From Felixounavirus AN17P8, in the sequence record OZ035742.1: DNA of 64,000 nt; one strand, 5' to 3'. The notes beneath the pieces were generated by a model, which saw only the letters and a list, made by a program, of their open reading frames with translations, was not told the origin of the DNA and did no database searches. The position numbers and the translations under genes are program-made. Positions 46,084 through 54,414 of the stretch are shown here, piece by piece; the stretch's first letter is position 1; every line of letters begins with the position of its first letter.

Positions 46084-47153
46084 TTAACCAACACCCAATC
46101 TTTTTAGGTGGTGAGAGAAAGACATTTGACTCACTTAATAAACACTACCCAAAAATCTTTGAGCTATATAAACAACAAAAAGCGCAAGACTGGTCAGAAG
46201 ATGAGTTTCCTTTTGAACAATCACGTCTTGATTTTGAGAGTGTGCCAGCATCAATGTCAGGTGTAATGCTTGAGATTCTTAAGTGGCAGTGGGAAGCAGA
46301 TACCCAAGTTGCTAAGAGCTTGGCATTCGCCTTTGCACCATTCATCTCTGATGACATCTATGCAACTGCAATTATGAAGCAGTCTGAGATTGAAAACCTA
46401 CATGCTCTTACTTACTCAGAGATTGTAAGGCAATGTATTAAAAACCCTGAAACAATCTTAGATGAGATTAACCAGAATGTTGCTGTACAAGACCGATTAA
46501 AAACTGTGAATCGTGTTCTTGAAGAATTACTGGATGAAGGTATAAACTATCGCCTGAGTTATGTCCGTGATTCACTTCTGGACAAAGACCATTTACACTT
46601 CCATAAAGTGATTCTGAAAGGGCTGTTTGCAGTGACTGCACTTGAAGGTATATCTTTTATGGCATCCTTTGCATGTACTTTTGCACTTGATGCTCAAGAT
46701 AAATTTCAGGGTATTGCTCAAGCTGTACAGAAAATTATGCTTGACGAAATCCTTCACACTAAAATTGATATTGAAGTTTTAAAAGAAACTTTAAGAGATG
46801 ATGAGTGGCAGAAAGCTTTTCAACAAATTCTTCCAGAGATTAAAGTAATCTTAGATGAAGTAGTTGAAAGTGAAGAGAGATGGTCGTATTATATCTTCTC
46901 CGAAGGACGTGCTGTAGTTGGCTTAAATACAAAGCTTCTTCATGAGTGGGTTTACTATAATGCTGCCCCACTGTATGATATGTTTGGCATTCCCAGAGAT
47001 TTTGTAGCTCCTAAAGAACCACCTTTGAAGTATATGATTAAGAAGATGGAAATTGATAAAGAGCAGAATGCTAATCAGGAGCAACAGAACGGTGCGTACC
47101 TGTTGAATACTGTTGTAGATGATTTGAATAGTGGATTTTTAGAGGTTCCTTAA
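46080..47153 (+). CDS. nrdB: ribonucleotide reductase class Ia beta subunit
   Basis: about 357 aa from ATG at 46080 (MINQHPIFLGG...); helical ferritin-like protein after nrdA. Confidence 0.8.
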   Translation: MINQHPIFLGGERKTFDSLNKHYPKIFELYKQQKAQDWSEDEFPFEQSRLDFESVPASMSGVMLEILKWQWEADTQVAKSLAFAFAPFISDDIYATAIMKQSEIENLHALTYSEIVRQCIKNPETILDEINQNVAVQDRLKTVNRVLEELLDEGINYRLSYVRDSLLDKDHLHFHKVILKGLFAVTALEGISFMASFACTFALDAQDKFQGIAQAVQKIMLDEILHTKIDIEVLKETLRDDEWQKAFQQILPEIKVILDEVVESEERWSYYIFSEGRAVVGLNTKLLHEWVYYNAAPLYDMFGIPRDFVAPKEPPLKYMIKKMEIDKEQNANQEQQNGAYLLNTVVDDLNSGFLEVP

Positions 47154-47395
47154 TGACTTATGTAATTTACTCCAAAACTGGATGCCCTCAGTGCGAGACC
47201 GCAAAGAATTTTGCAAAAGCTCTTGGTATTGACCATGTTGTGAGAATGTTAGGGCAGGATTATGAGCTATCAGAACTAATGGATATTGCACAGATGCCAG
47301 TTCGTCAGATGCCATTCATCATGAAAACTGATGGACAAAACCTAAAACCTGTTGGGACGCTACAGAATTTTATGGCAGAGGTGAATAATGCTTAA
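47153..47395 (+). CDS. glutaredoxin-like protein (NrdH/NrdC-type redoxin)
   Basis: 80 aa; CPQC active-site motif near N-terminus; immediately downstream of nrdB. Confidence 0.6.
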   Translation: MTYVIYSKTGCPQCETAKNFAKALGIDHVVRMLGQDYELSELMDIAQMPVRQMPFIMKTDGQNLKPVGTLQNFMAEVNNA

Positions 47396-47594
47396 ACGCC
47401 TTTGGGAAGGTTTGGTTGTTGATGCACCAGCTATTGTGATTGGTATGCTTATTGTTAACCTATTTACTGACTTTGAACAAGGTTCGTTGTTTGGAGCCAT
47501 GTTACTATGGGTTATCTTTGAAATATTAGAGATACAGTTAGGTATCACTGAAAAACTAAGAGAACTCTTTTCGAAGTTTTCTAAAAAGATTTAA
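47388..47594 (+). CDS. small membrane protein (hypothetical)
   Basis: 68 aa, two hydrophobic segments. Confidence 0.3.
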   Translation: MLKRLWEGLVVDAPAIVIGMLIVNLFTDFEQGSLFGAMLLWVIFEILEIQLGITEKLRELFSKFSKKI

Positions 47595-47601
47595 AATGAA
47601 A

Positions 47602-47624
47602 GGGTCTCTTCGGAGGCCTTTTTA
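47602..47624 (+). terminator. rho-independent terminator
   Basis: hairpin ggtctc-ttcg-gaggcc (one G-U pair) followed by TTTTT. Confidence 0.55.
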
Positions 47625-47642
47625 GCATGTAAAGGGGCAATA

Positions 47643-49787
47643 ATGAACAAAGTACAAATTATTAAAAAGAATGGCTCACTTGAAGAACCTGATATCAAAA
47701 AAGTTTTAGCAGCCGTCACAAAGTCGGCTAATAGGGTTGGTTATAAAGAGCTTCCACCAGATGTTACTCAAGCTCTTGAGTCAGCATTTATGAGGATTCT
47801 GGTAAAGTCCACTAAGCAGAATAATTTGCTAATTTCTGTAAATGATATTCACAGTATTGTTGAGGGTGCTTTGGCAGAAGTCAATCACGAGATTTATGAG
47901 TCTTACTCAACATATAGAAATTACCGTAAAGAAGTTGCTCAAAATTGGGATGAACTCTACCAGAAGACCAAAGATACACTCTTCTTAGGTGACCGAGAAA
48001 ACGCTAATTTTGACAGCAGTTTAATTTCTACAAAAGGTTCAATTATTCGTGGTTATCTGACTAAAGAAATCTTTAAACAGTACCATTTAACACCAGAGGA
48101 ACTTGAAGCCATTGAAAAAGGGTTTATCTATATCCATGATTTAAGAGACCTAATTTTTGGTGGTATCAACTGTTGCCTGTTTGACATTGGTAAAGTCCTG
48201 AAAGGTGGCTTTGAAATGTCTGGCATCGAATATTGTGAACCAAAGTCTGTGCTGTCGGCCTTACAGGTTATTGGTGACGTAGTTCTTTCAGCAACTGCAC
48301 AGCAATTTGGTGGCTTTACTTTAGCAGAGATTGATAAGGTACTTGTGCCGTATGCTAAGAAGTCTCTACGCTATCATGCTGAGAAAGCAGCATCTTATGG
48401 TATTCCTAAAGAACATTACCACAATTATGTCATGGAGCAGCTACAGATTGAACTGACTCAAGGTTTCCAGTCACTTGAAATGAAACTAAACACTGTACCT
48501 TGTAGCCGTGGGGATTTTGCATTCACAACTTTGACATTCGGGTTACTTGACTCAGATATGTCCAATGAAGATAACCGACTGCAATATATGATTGCAAGTA
48601 CTCTCCTAGATGTTCGTATGAATGGACAAGGTAAGAGCAAGAAGCCTGTTGTATTTCCTAAACTGGTTTATATTTATGACCAGAAGAGACATGATGAGAA
48701 TATCTGTCAAGGCCACCTGTACAGTAAAGCTGTTGAGTGTTGCTCTAAAGCTATGTATCCAGATTTCTTAAGTGTGTCTGGACATGGTGCTGTAGCAGAG
48801 GCTTTTGAGCGTTCTGGTAAGGTAATTTCCCCGATGGGTTGCAGAGCTTTCTTATCTCCATATTTTAACGAGAATGGGGAAGAGTTCTACGTTGGTCGTG
48901 CTAACATTGGTGCTGTATCTTTGAACTTGCCAATGATTTACCAGTATTCTAAAGAGAATGGCTTAGATTTCTGGAAAGAGCTTGATAAGTACCTAGAAAT
49001 GATTCGCAGCTTCCACAAGAAACGTTACGAAATGATTGCTAATATGCCAGCAAGTTCTAATCCTCTTGCATTCACACAAGGTGGTCTGTACAAAGGGAAT
49101 AAGAAACCTACCGACAAGGTTGGCTGGGGTATCGTGAAGTCCTTCACAGCTTCTTTTGGGGTTACTGCGCTTGATGAGCTATCTGTTCTTGCTGAAGGTA
49201 AACGACTTCATGAAGTTGGAAGCTGTAGTTTTGCATATGATGTTCTAGAATATATCAACATGAAGACTGAAGAGTTTAAAAATGAAGACGGCTTCTTATA
49301 TGCAGTCTATGGCACTCCAGCAGAATCACTTTGTGGAACTCAGCTAAAACAGTTCAGAGATATGTTTGGCGTTATCAAAGGCGTTTCTGACAAGGAATAC
49401 TTTACAAATAGTTTCCATATGAATGTTGCAGCAGACATCACACCATTTGAGAAGCAGGACTTAGAAGAACCTTTCTTTCATATCTGTAGAGGCGGAAGAA
49501 TCCAGTATGTAAGAGTAGCTAACCCAGAAAACTTATCAGCACTTAAGAGTTGTATTACAAGAGGGATGTTGAAGGGTTTTTATCAGGGGCTTAACTTTGA
49601 CTTAGCAATCTGTGAACATTGTGGTAACAGACCAAAGGCTGATGTTGAAGAATGTGAGGTTTGCCATTCACATGACATCTCTGTGATTAACAGGGTGTGT
49701 GGGTATCTTGGATGGACTAAGATTAAAGGTGAATCCCGAATGAACGATGCAAAAATCGCTGAGATTCGTGACAGGATTTCTATGTAA
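47643..49787 (+). CDS. nrdD: anaerobic ribonucleoside-triphosphate reductase
   Basis: 714 aa; C-terminal zinc site CEHCGN...CEVCHS and glycyl-radical motif RVCGYLG. Confidence 0.85.
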   Translation: MNKVQIIKKNGSLEEPDIKKVLAAVTKSANRVGYKELPPDVTQALESAFMRILVKSTKQNNLLISVNDIHSIVEGALAEVNHEIYESYSTYRNYRKEVAQNWDELYQKTKDTLFLGDRENANFDSSLISTKGSIIRGYLTKEIFKQYHLTPEELEAIEKGFIYIHDLRDLIFGGINCCLFDIGKVLKGGFEMSGIEYCEPKSVLSALQVIGDVVLSATAQQFGGFTLAEIDKVLVPYAKKSLRYHAEKAASYGIPKEHYHNYVMEQLQIELTQGFQSLEMKLNTVPCSRGDFAFTTLTFGLLDSDMSNEDNRLQYMIASTLLDVRMNGQGKSKKPVVFPKLVYIYDQKRHDENICQGHLYSKAVECCSKAMYPDFLSVSGHGAVAEAFERSGKVISPMGCRAFLSPYFNENGEEFYVGRANIGAVSLNLPMIYQYSKENGLDFWKELDKYLEMIRSFHKKRYEMIANMPASSNPLAFTQGGLYKGNKKPTDKVGWGIVKSFTASFGVTALDELSVLAEGKRLHEVGSCSFAYDVLEYINMKTEEFKNEDGFLYAVYGTPAESLCGTQLKQFRDMFGVIKGVSDKEYFTNSFHMNVAADITPFEKQDLEEPFFHICRGGRIQYVRVANPENLSALKSCITRGMLKGFYQGLNFDLAICEHCGNRPKADVEECEVCHSHDISVINRVCGYLGWTKIKGESRMNDAKIAEIRDRISM

Positions 49788-49794
49788 AACTTGA

Positions 49795-49837
49795 CAAGGT
49801 GGTGTGGGTGTTGATAGGCTTACATCACCTTTTTTTA
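49795..49837 (+). terminator. putative terminator after nrdD
   Basis: inverted repeat aaggtg...cacctt followed by TTTTTTT; large loop, so weaker call. Confidence 0.35.
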
Positions 49838-49942
49838 TTGGGTGTTAGATATGGCAGAGAATATTATTGGGTTGTTCATAGGTTCTGTCTTACTAGGGTT
49901 CTTTTTAGGACTCTCTTATTGTGAATTGAGAGATAAGTTAAA

Positions 49943-50143
49943 ATGTTTAAAATATCAAAAACGTTGATACCCATACTCCGCATACTAGCCTTCTTCTTTG
50001 GGGTTAGTGTTATGGTATGGGGTTTTTCTGACCCACAATGGGGTTTCTCATATCATGGTCAGATGGATTTATGGTCATGCTTCAAACCATTTTTAGGTTT
50101 AGTTATAGCATTCAGTGCATTACCAGCTAAGGTGAAATTATGA
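49943..50143 (+). CDS. small membrane protein (hypothetical)
   Basis: 66 aa, two hydrophobic helices. Confidence 0.3.
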   Translation: MFKISKTLIPILRILAFFFGVSVMVWGFSDPQWGFSYHGQMDLWSCFKPFLGLVIAFSALPAKVKL

Positions 50144-50535
50144 TTAAGTTGAACCAAAAACAGTTAGAGTGGATTAAAGATTACGCCTCAGAGTGTGGCT
50201 CTTGCGAAAAGAATCACGTAAGATACTCAACATTCCATACGGTATTTACATTGTACATCAGTGATAACGTTCTAAGTGATTCCGTAGAAGATGGTATAGC
50301 ATTACCTAATGAATTGCTTGACAAATTAGCTGTAGTCACTGGAACTTGGTCTGAAGAAGATGGTCATGAATTATCTGATGATGTTGTCTTCTACACCCTT
50401 GAAAACATCATGAATCCAGAGTACATTATGCTAATGACTTGCGCGCAAGACTGTGTTCCATTACAAAACTTTATTAAAGAGCACTGTGAAGAGTTTATTA
50501 CTAAACAGGTTCCTTGTCAGGTGGTATTTGAATGA
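50140..50535 (+). CDS. hypothetical protein
   Basis: 131 aa ORF, overlapping start/stop. Confidence 0.35.
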   Translation: MIKLNQKQLEWIKDYASECGSCEKNHVRYSTFHTVFTLYISDNVLSDSVEDGIALPNELLDKLAVVTGTWSEEDGHELSDDVVFYTLENIMNPEYIMLMTCAQDCVPLQNFIKEHCEEFITKQVPCQVVFE

Positions 50536-50831
50536 GCAAAACAATTCGAAGAAAAGGTTTAAAGAACGTTCATGGACTTTATGAGTGGAGAAATGAGGTA
50601 CGTAACAGAGAAAATGCTTCAGAGGTCTACTACCACTCTGATATGATATCTAGAAAAGGTGGCTCTTACGACTTCACAAGCCAGCCTTGTAGAGAGATTA
50701 AGAAGGCTACTAAACGTCTTACAAGAACACAAATAAGGCAGCTTTCTAAGACATCCTTCTTAGATGAAGACTTTGACATTGATAGTAAGTCCCCAAAGAA
50801 AGCTGCTAAGAACACTTATATGTATTGGTGA
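50532..50831 (+). CDS. hypothetical protein
   Basis: 99 aa ORF. Confidence 0.35.
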   Translation: MSKTIRRKGLKNVHGLYEWRNEVRNRENASEVYYHSDMISRKGGSYDFTSQPCREIKKATKRLTRTQIRQLSKTSFLDEDFDIDSKSPKKAAKNTYMYW

Positions 50832-50840
50832 GGTAACTAG

Positions 50841-51326
50841 ATGAATTACATGGAGATTAGACCATTTGATACAGCTAATGGTGAAGGGGTTCGTGTAAGC
50901 CTCTTCGTAGCTGGTTGTAAGCATCACTGTGAAGGCTGCTTTAACAGGGAGTCTTGGAAGTTTAATGCTGGTAAAGAGTTTACTTATGCAAACCTTTACG
51001 GCATCATTAAGTTAATGGATGATGAGGCCATCAGTGGGCTGTCAATACTTGGTGGGGAGCCTCTGGATGATAGAAACATTCAAGAGGTCACCAACATATG
51101 CAAGCGTATTAAAACTGTTTATCCAGAAAAGTCTATATGGCTTTGGACAGGTTTTCAACTGCACGAAAAAATCCACTTAGATGTGATGAAATATGTTGAC
51201 GTGGTGATTGATGGTAAGTATGATTCATCTAAACCAACAGTTAAACCATATCGTGGTTCTGATAACCAAAACCTCTGGAGAAAAGAGTATGGGTGGCAAG
51301 GCGATTGCCAATGGCGAGCAGAATGA
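50841..51326 (+). CDS. nrdG: anaerobic ribonucleotide reductase activating protein (radical SAM)
   Basis: 161 aa; GCKHHCEGC matches CxxxCxxC radical-SAM cluster motif; paired with nrdD. Confidence 0.75.
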   Translation: MNYMEIRPFDTANGEGVRVSLFVAGCKHHCEGCFNRESWKFNAGKEFTYANLYGIIKLMDDEAISGLSILGGEPLDDRNIQEVTNICKRIKTVYPEKSIWLWTGFQLHEKIHLDVMKYVDVVIDGKYDSSKPTVKPYRGSDNQNLWRKEYGWQGDCQWRAE

Positions 51327-51564
51327 TTATTCTGGTAAGTGGACTTATGACATCAACAAGTTAGATGCCTGGATGATTTATACGAGAGAAAAATTTGGTA
51401 CACATTCATTATGTGCTCTTGCAACTATGGTGAAGAACGTTACCTTTGAAATTCATGAATCAGATAAGTTTGGAGACTTCTACAGGATTCAAAACATCAG
51501 AGAAGGTATAACTCCAATCGGTATCACTGAAGAAGAACTTCATAAGTTCTGTATTAAACTTTAA
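51289..51564 (+). CDS. hypothetical protein
   Basis: about 91 aa from internal ATG at 51289; the track ORF starts inside nrdG so true start is uncertain. Confidence 0.25.
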   Translation: MGGKAIANGEQNDYSGKWTYDINKLDAWMIYTREKFGTHSLCALATMVKNVTFEIHESDKFGDFYRIQNIREGITPIGITEEELHKFCIKL

Positions 51565-51845
51565 TGAGAGAGACTAAAATGGGAATTTTAGGTAATATTA
51601 AAGCTGGCTTTTTGAAGGCACTGGCAAAAGCAGCAGCAATCATTTCTATGACTGGGGAGCAGGTTGGTGTAGATGCTTCAGCAATTGCACAGGTTCTTGC
51701 AAGCCAAATTGAACAGCAGCCTTACATCCACGTTGGACGTGGTAAAGGTGGTAAAAAACAAGCACATCGACCAACTGGTGCAGCAGCAATTAAACGTGCA
51801 GCTAAGAAAGCTCGTAACCGTAAACGTAATAAGAAGGCTAAATAA
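51564..51845 (+). CDS. hypothetical protein with basic C-terminal tail
   Basis: 93 aa; Lys/Arg-rich C-terminus. Confidence 0.35.
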   Translation: MRETKMGILGNIKAGFLKALAKAAAIISMTGEQVGVDASAIAQVLASQIEQQPYIHVGRGKGGKKQAHRPTGAAAIKRAAKKARNRKRNKKAK

Positions 51846-51847
51846 TC

Positions 51848-52168
51848 ATGAGCAAAGTTTATAACACTCGCAAATTACAGATTTTCGTACTGTGTCAGTT
51901 TATGGCTAAAGAATACAATTTCTACTATTGTGGCACAGGTTTCATTAGCGACGATGATGGCTCATACCTCCCATTTAAAGAAGCTGTGAAGCTCTTCAAT
52001 GAAGAGGAAAGCTCTAAGAAAGATATTGAAAAGGTTAAGCTAACCTACAGCAAGAAAGATAAGAAGATAATCTGCCTAGATAACTTTGTAAAAGTTACTG
52101 GAGAAGCAAAAGAGTTTATGGATGAGAGTGAGATTTCATTCACAAGCATCTTGAAAGTGGCTCAGTAA
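51848..52168 (+). CDS. hypothetical protein
   Basis: 106 aa ORF. Confidence 0.35.
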   Translation: MSKVYNTRKLQIFVLCQFMAKEYNFYYCGTGFISDDDGSYLPFKEAVKLFNEEESSKKDIEKVKLTYSKKDKKIICLDNFVKVTGEAKEFMDESEISFTSILKVAQ

Positions 52169-52181
52169 ACAGATACTATAA

Positions 52182-52210
52182 GGGAACTGTAAAGGTTCCC
52201 TTTTTATTTT
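52182..52210 (+). terminator. rho-independent terminator
   Basis: hairpin gggaac-tgtaaag-gttccc followed by TTTTT. Confidence 0.6.
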
Positions 52211-52220
52211 TGGAGATAAA

Positions 52221-52736
52221 ATGTATCTGTCAAACCTGAAACGTTCGGCTGCAATGTCAGTTCTAAGACTCAGCTTTGAGGAACGTCAAGAGTTCATTGA
52301 CTCCCACCAATACGACCCTTCTAACTCGAATCACATGGTTCTTTGGAATCGTGATAACTTCCGTGAAAGAGCACTTGTCCGTTATTACCCACACTACACA
52401 ATAGATAACCTGTATGAATGGTGTGTTGTGAAGAACACTATTGCAACACTGAACAATCTTTGCAGGTATACAGGTAAGCAAGCATTTACATTAGGCCACC
52501 ACAAACCTGTTACAAAGGGTGGTGAGCATCACTGCGCAAACTGGTTTATCCAGACTAAACTTGATAACCAGAAGCAAGGGGATAACCTTCTAAGCACACC
52601 TAAGATGACCTATGAAGAGCAAGAGAAATATGTCAAAAATAATATGCCAGATGTGCTTGACAACAACTATACAGATTTGGCAATATCTCTCCTGTTGAAG
52701 TTCGAGACAGTTTATAGGGCAACTTACAATGGCTAA
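52221..52736 (+). CDS. hypothetical protein (possible HNH-type nuclease)
   Basis: 171 aa; GHHKPVTKGGEHHCANW...N..Q loosely resembles an HNH motif. Confidence 0.3.
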   Translation: MYLSNLKRSAAMSVLRLSFEERQEFIDSHQYDPSNSNHMVLWNRDNFRERALVRYYPHYTIDNLYEWCVVKNTIATLNNLCRYTGKQAFTLGHHKPVTKGGEHHCANWFIQTKLDNQKQGDNLLSTPKMTYEEQEKYVKNNMPDVLDNNYTDLAISLLLKFETVYRATYNG

Positions 52737-53007
52737 AGAGAAGTGGGAGATTTTACCATTAGTCAGTGAAGGCGGTAATGGTTGTGAAATGTACATGATA
52801 CGTGGTCATGTTCCAGAACCAATTGCACTTGAGATGGTAAACAACTTTACAGATGGCTCTTACAAAGACTTAGGGGAGCCAACTATAAAGCAGCAATGGG
52901 TAAAGCCTGTACCAGACAGCACAGGTAACTGTAGTGTACTTTATCACGTTGTAGACCCTGTAAAATGCAAATCTGCAATGGCAGTAACAAATGTAACTTT
53001 TGATTGA
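52729..53007 (+). CDS. hypothetical protein
   Basis: 92 aa ORF. Confidence 0.3.
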   Translation: MAKEKWEILPLVSEGGNGCEMYMIRGHVPEPIALEMVNNFTDGSYKDLGEPTIKQQWVKPVPDSTGNCSVLYHVVDPVKCKSAMAVTNVTFD

Positions 53008-53900
53008 GAGAGAAAACTATGAAAACATCTATCCGTGTTACAGTTCATTCACCAACTAAAGGGACTCATGAAGAAGAGTTTAACATCGTCCAATTTCCTT
53101 CTGGTGAGATTGGTGGACATTTTTCACCAGAGTTTGTTGACTTTACTGCTTATGCTGCATCATCCATCAACAACGTGATTATGATTGTAAAGGGTTATGA
53201 CAAAGACACATTATTTGCTGTGGCACTTGCTAAAGAGGCAATTGATGATTTAGTACCTCATAAGTTTGCTATGAAGACTGCTATCTTTTACTATTTGCCA
53301 AATGCACGTTACGACCGTCACATGTTTAAAGGTGATGCAGCAGCTTTGAAAGTGTTTGCACAACAGGTTAATGCAATGGGTTTTGATGCAGTCTGTGCAG
53401 TTGACCCTCACAGTTGCGTTCCAGATAACCTGTTTAACTGCTTCCAGAGTATTCCTCAAAAGGAGATTGCAGTTCACTATGCAAATGACCCTCTGATTGA
53501 TTACTTAGTAGCCCCAGATGCAGGTGCAGCTAAGAAGATTGCAGAGACTGCTAAAGAGGTGGATAAACCATATATCACAATGTCTAAAGTGCGTAACCTT
53601 AAGACTGGTGAGATTACGGGTATGCGAATCCTTGATGATGTTGATTTGACAGATAAAACCGTCATGATTCTGGATGATATCTGTGATGGTGGTCGAACCT
53701 TCGTAGAAGCAGCAAAACATCTTCGTGAAGCAGGTGCAAAACGTGTGGAACTTTATGTAACACATGGTATCTTCTCTAAAGATGTTGAAAACCTTCTTGA
53801 CAATGGTATTGACCATATCTACACTACAAACTCTTTAGGGGAAGCTAAAGACCGTGGATTAGCACATTATGCCCAAGTTACTGTAGCAAACCTTGATTAG
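53004..53900 (+). CDS. ribose-phosphate pyrophosphokinase-like (PRPP synthetase family; candidate ADP-ribose pyrophosphate synthetase)
   Basis: 298 aa; PRTase motif VMILDDICDGGRTFVEAAKHLREAGAKRVELYVTHGIFS aligns with E. coli Prs CVLVDDMIDTGGTL...GAKRVFAYATHPIFS. Confidence 0.75.
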   Translation: MREKTMKTSIRVTVHSPTKGTHEEEFNIVQFPSGEIGGHFSPEFVDFTAYAASSINNVIMIVKGYDKDTLFAVALAKEAIDDLVPHKFAMKTAIFYYLPNARYDRHMFKGDAAALKVFAQQVNAMGFDAVCAVDPHSCVPDNLFNCFQSIPQKEIAVHYANDPLIDYLVAPDAGAAKKIAETAKEVDKPYITMSKVRNLKTGEITGMRILDDVDLTDKTVMILDDICDGGRTFVEAAKHLREAGAKRVELYVTHGIFSKDVENLLDNGIDHIYTTNSLGEAKDRGLAHYAQVTVANLD

Positions 53901-53908
53901 GTAATAGT

Positions 53909-54400
53909 GTGAATAAGGGTTATTTTGAAAAATACCTAATATATGAACCAGATACAGGTTTATTAATTTGGAGAGTAACCCTTTGCAGTACCGCTATTGC
54001 TGGTAATGTGGCTGGCACAAGGTCTAAGAAGGGTTATATCCAAGTCCAGATAAATAAGAAGAGGTACTATGCACATAATATTGCATGGATTATGTCTGGA
54101 GGTGAGATACCAAGTGGATATGAGGTAGACCACATAGACCTTGATAAAGCTAATAATAAGTTGGAGAATTTAAGACTTAGCACAAAGTCACAAAATCAGA
54201 GAAATAGGGGTATACACAAGAATAATAAAACTGGTGTGAAGGGTGTAAGTTTTTGTAAACAAACAGGTCTTTACAAAGCAAGAGTCATGCTTTACTATAA
54301 AGAATACTTTTGTGGAAGATTTAAAACGGTAGAAGAAGCAAAAGAAGCTGTAATTAAAAAGCGAATAGAACTTCATGGTGAGTTTGCAAGACATAACTAA
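53909..54400 (+). CDS. HNH homing endonuclease with AP2-like domain
   Basis: 163 aa; YEVDHIDLDKANNKLENLRLSTKSQN and GVKGVSF...HGEFA; paralogous to 31224-31757; inserted between Prs-like and NAMPT-like genes. Confidence 0.6.
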   Translation: MNKGYFEKYLIYEPDTGLLIWRVTLCSTAIAGNVAGTRSKKGYIQVQINKKRYYAHNIAWIMSGGEIPSGYEVDHIDLDKANNKLENLRLSTKSQNQRNRGIHKNNKTGVKGVSFCKQTGLYKARVMLYYKEYFCGRFKTVEEAKEAVIKKRIELHGEFARHN

Positions 54401-54414
54401 GAGAGAGATAAAAT

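Noticed and set aside
49789-49800. CTTGACAAGG motif after nrdD as a promoter -35 element
   Set aside because: No acceptable -10 hexamer at 16-18 nt spacing (gatagg/ataggc); the motif overlaps an inverted repeat followed by a T-run and is more simply part of the nrdD terminator.
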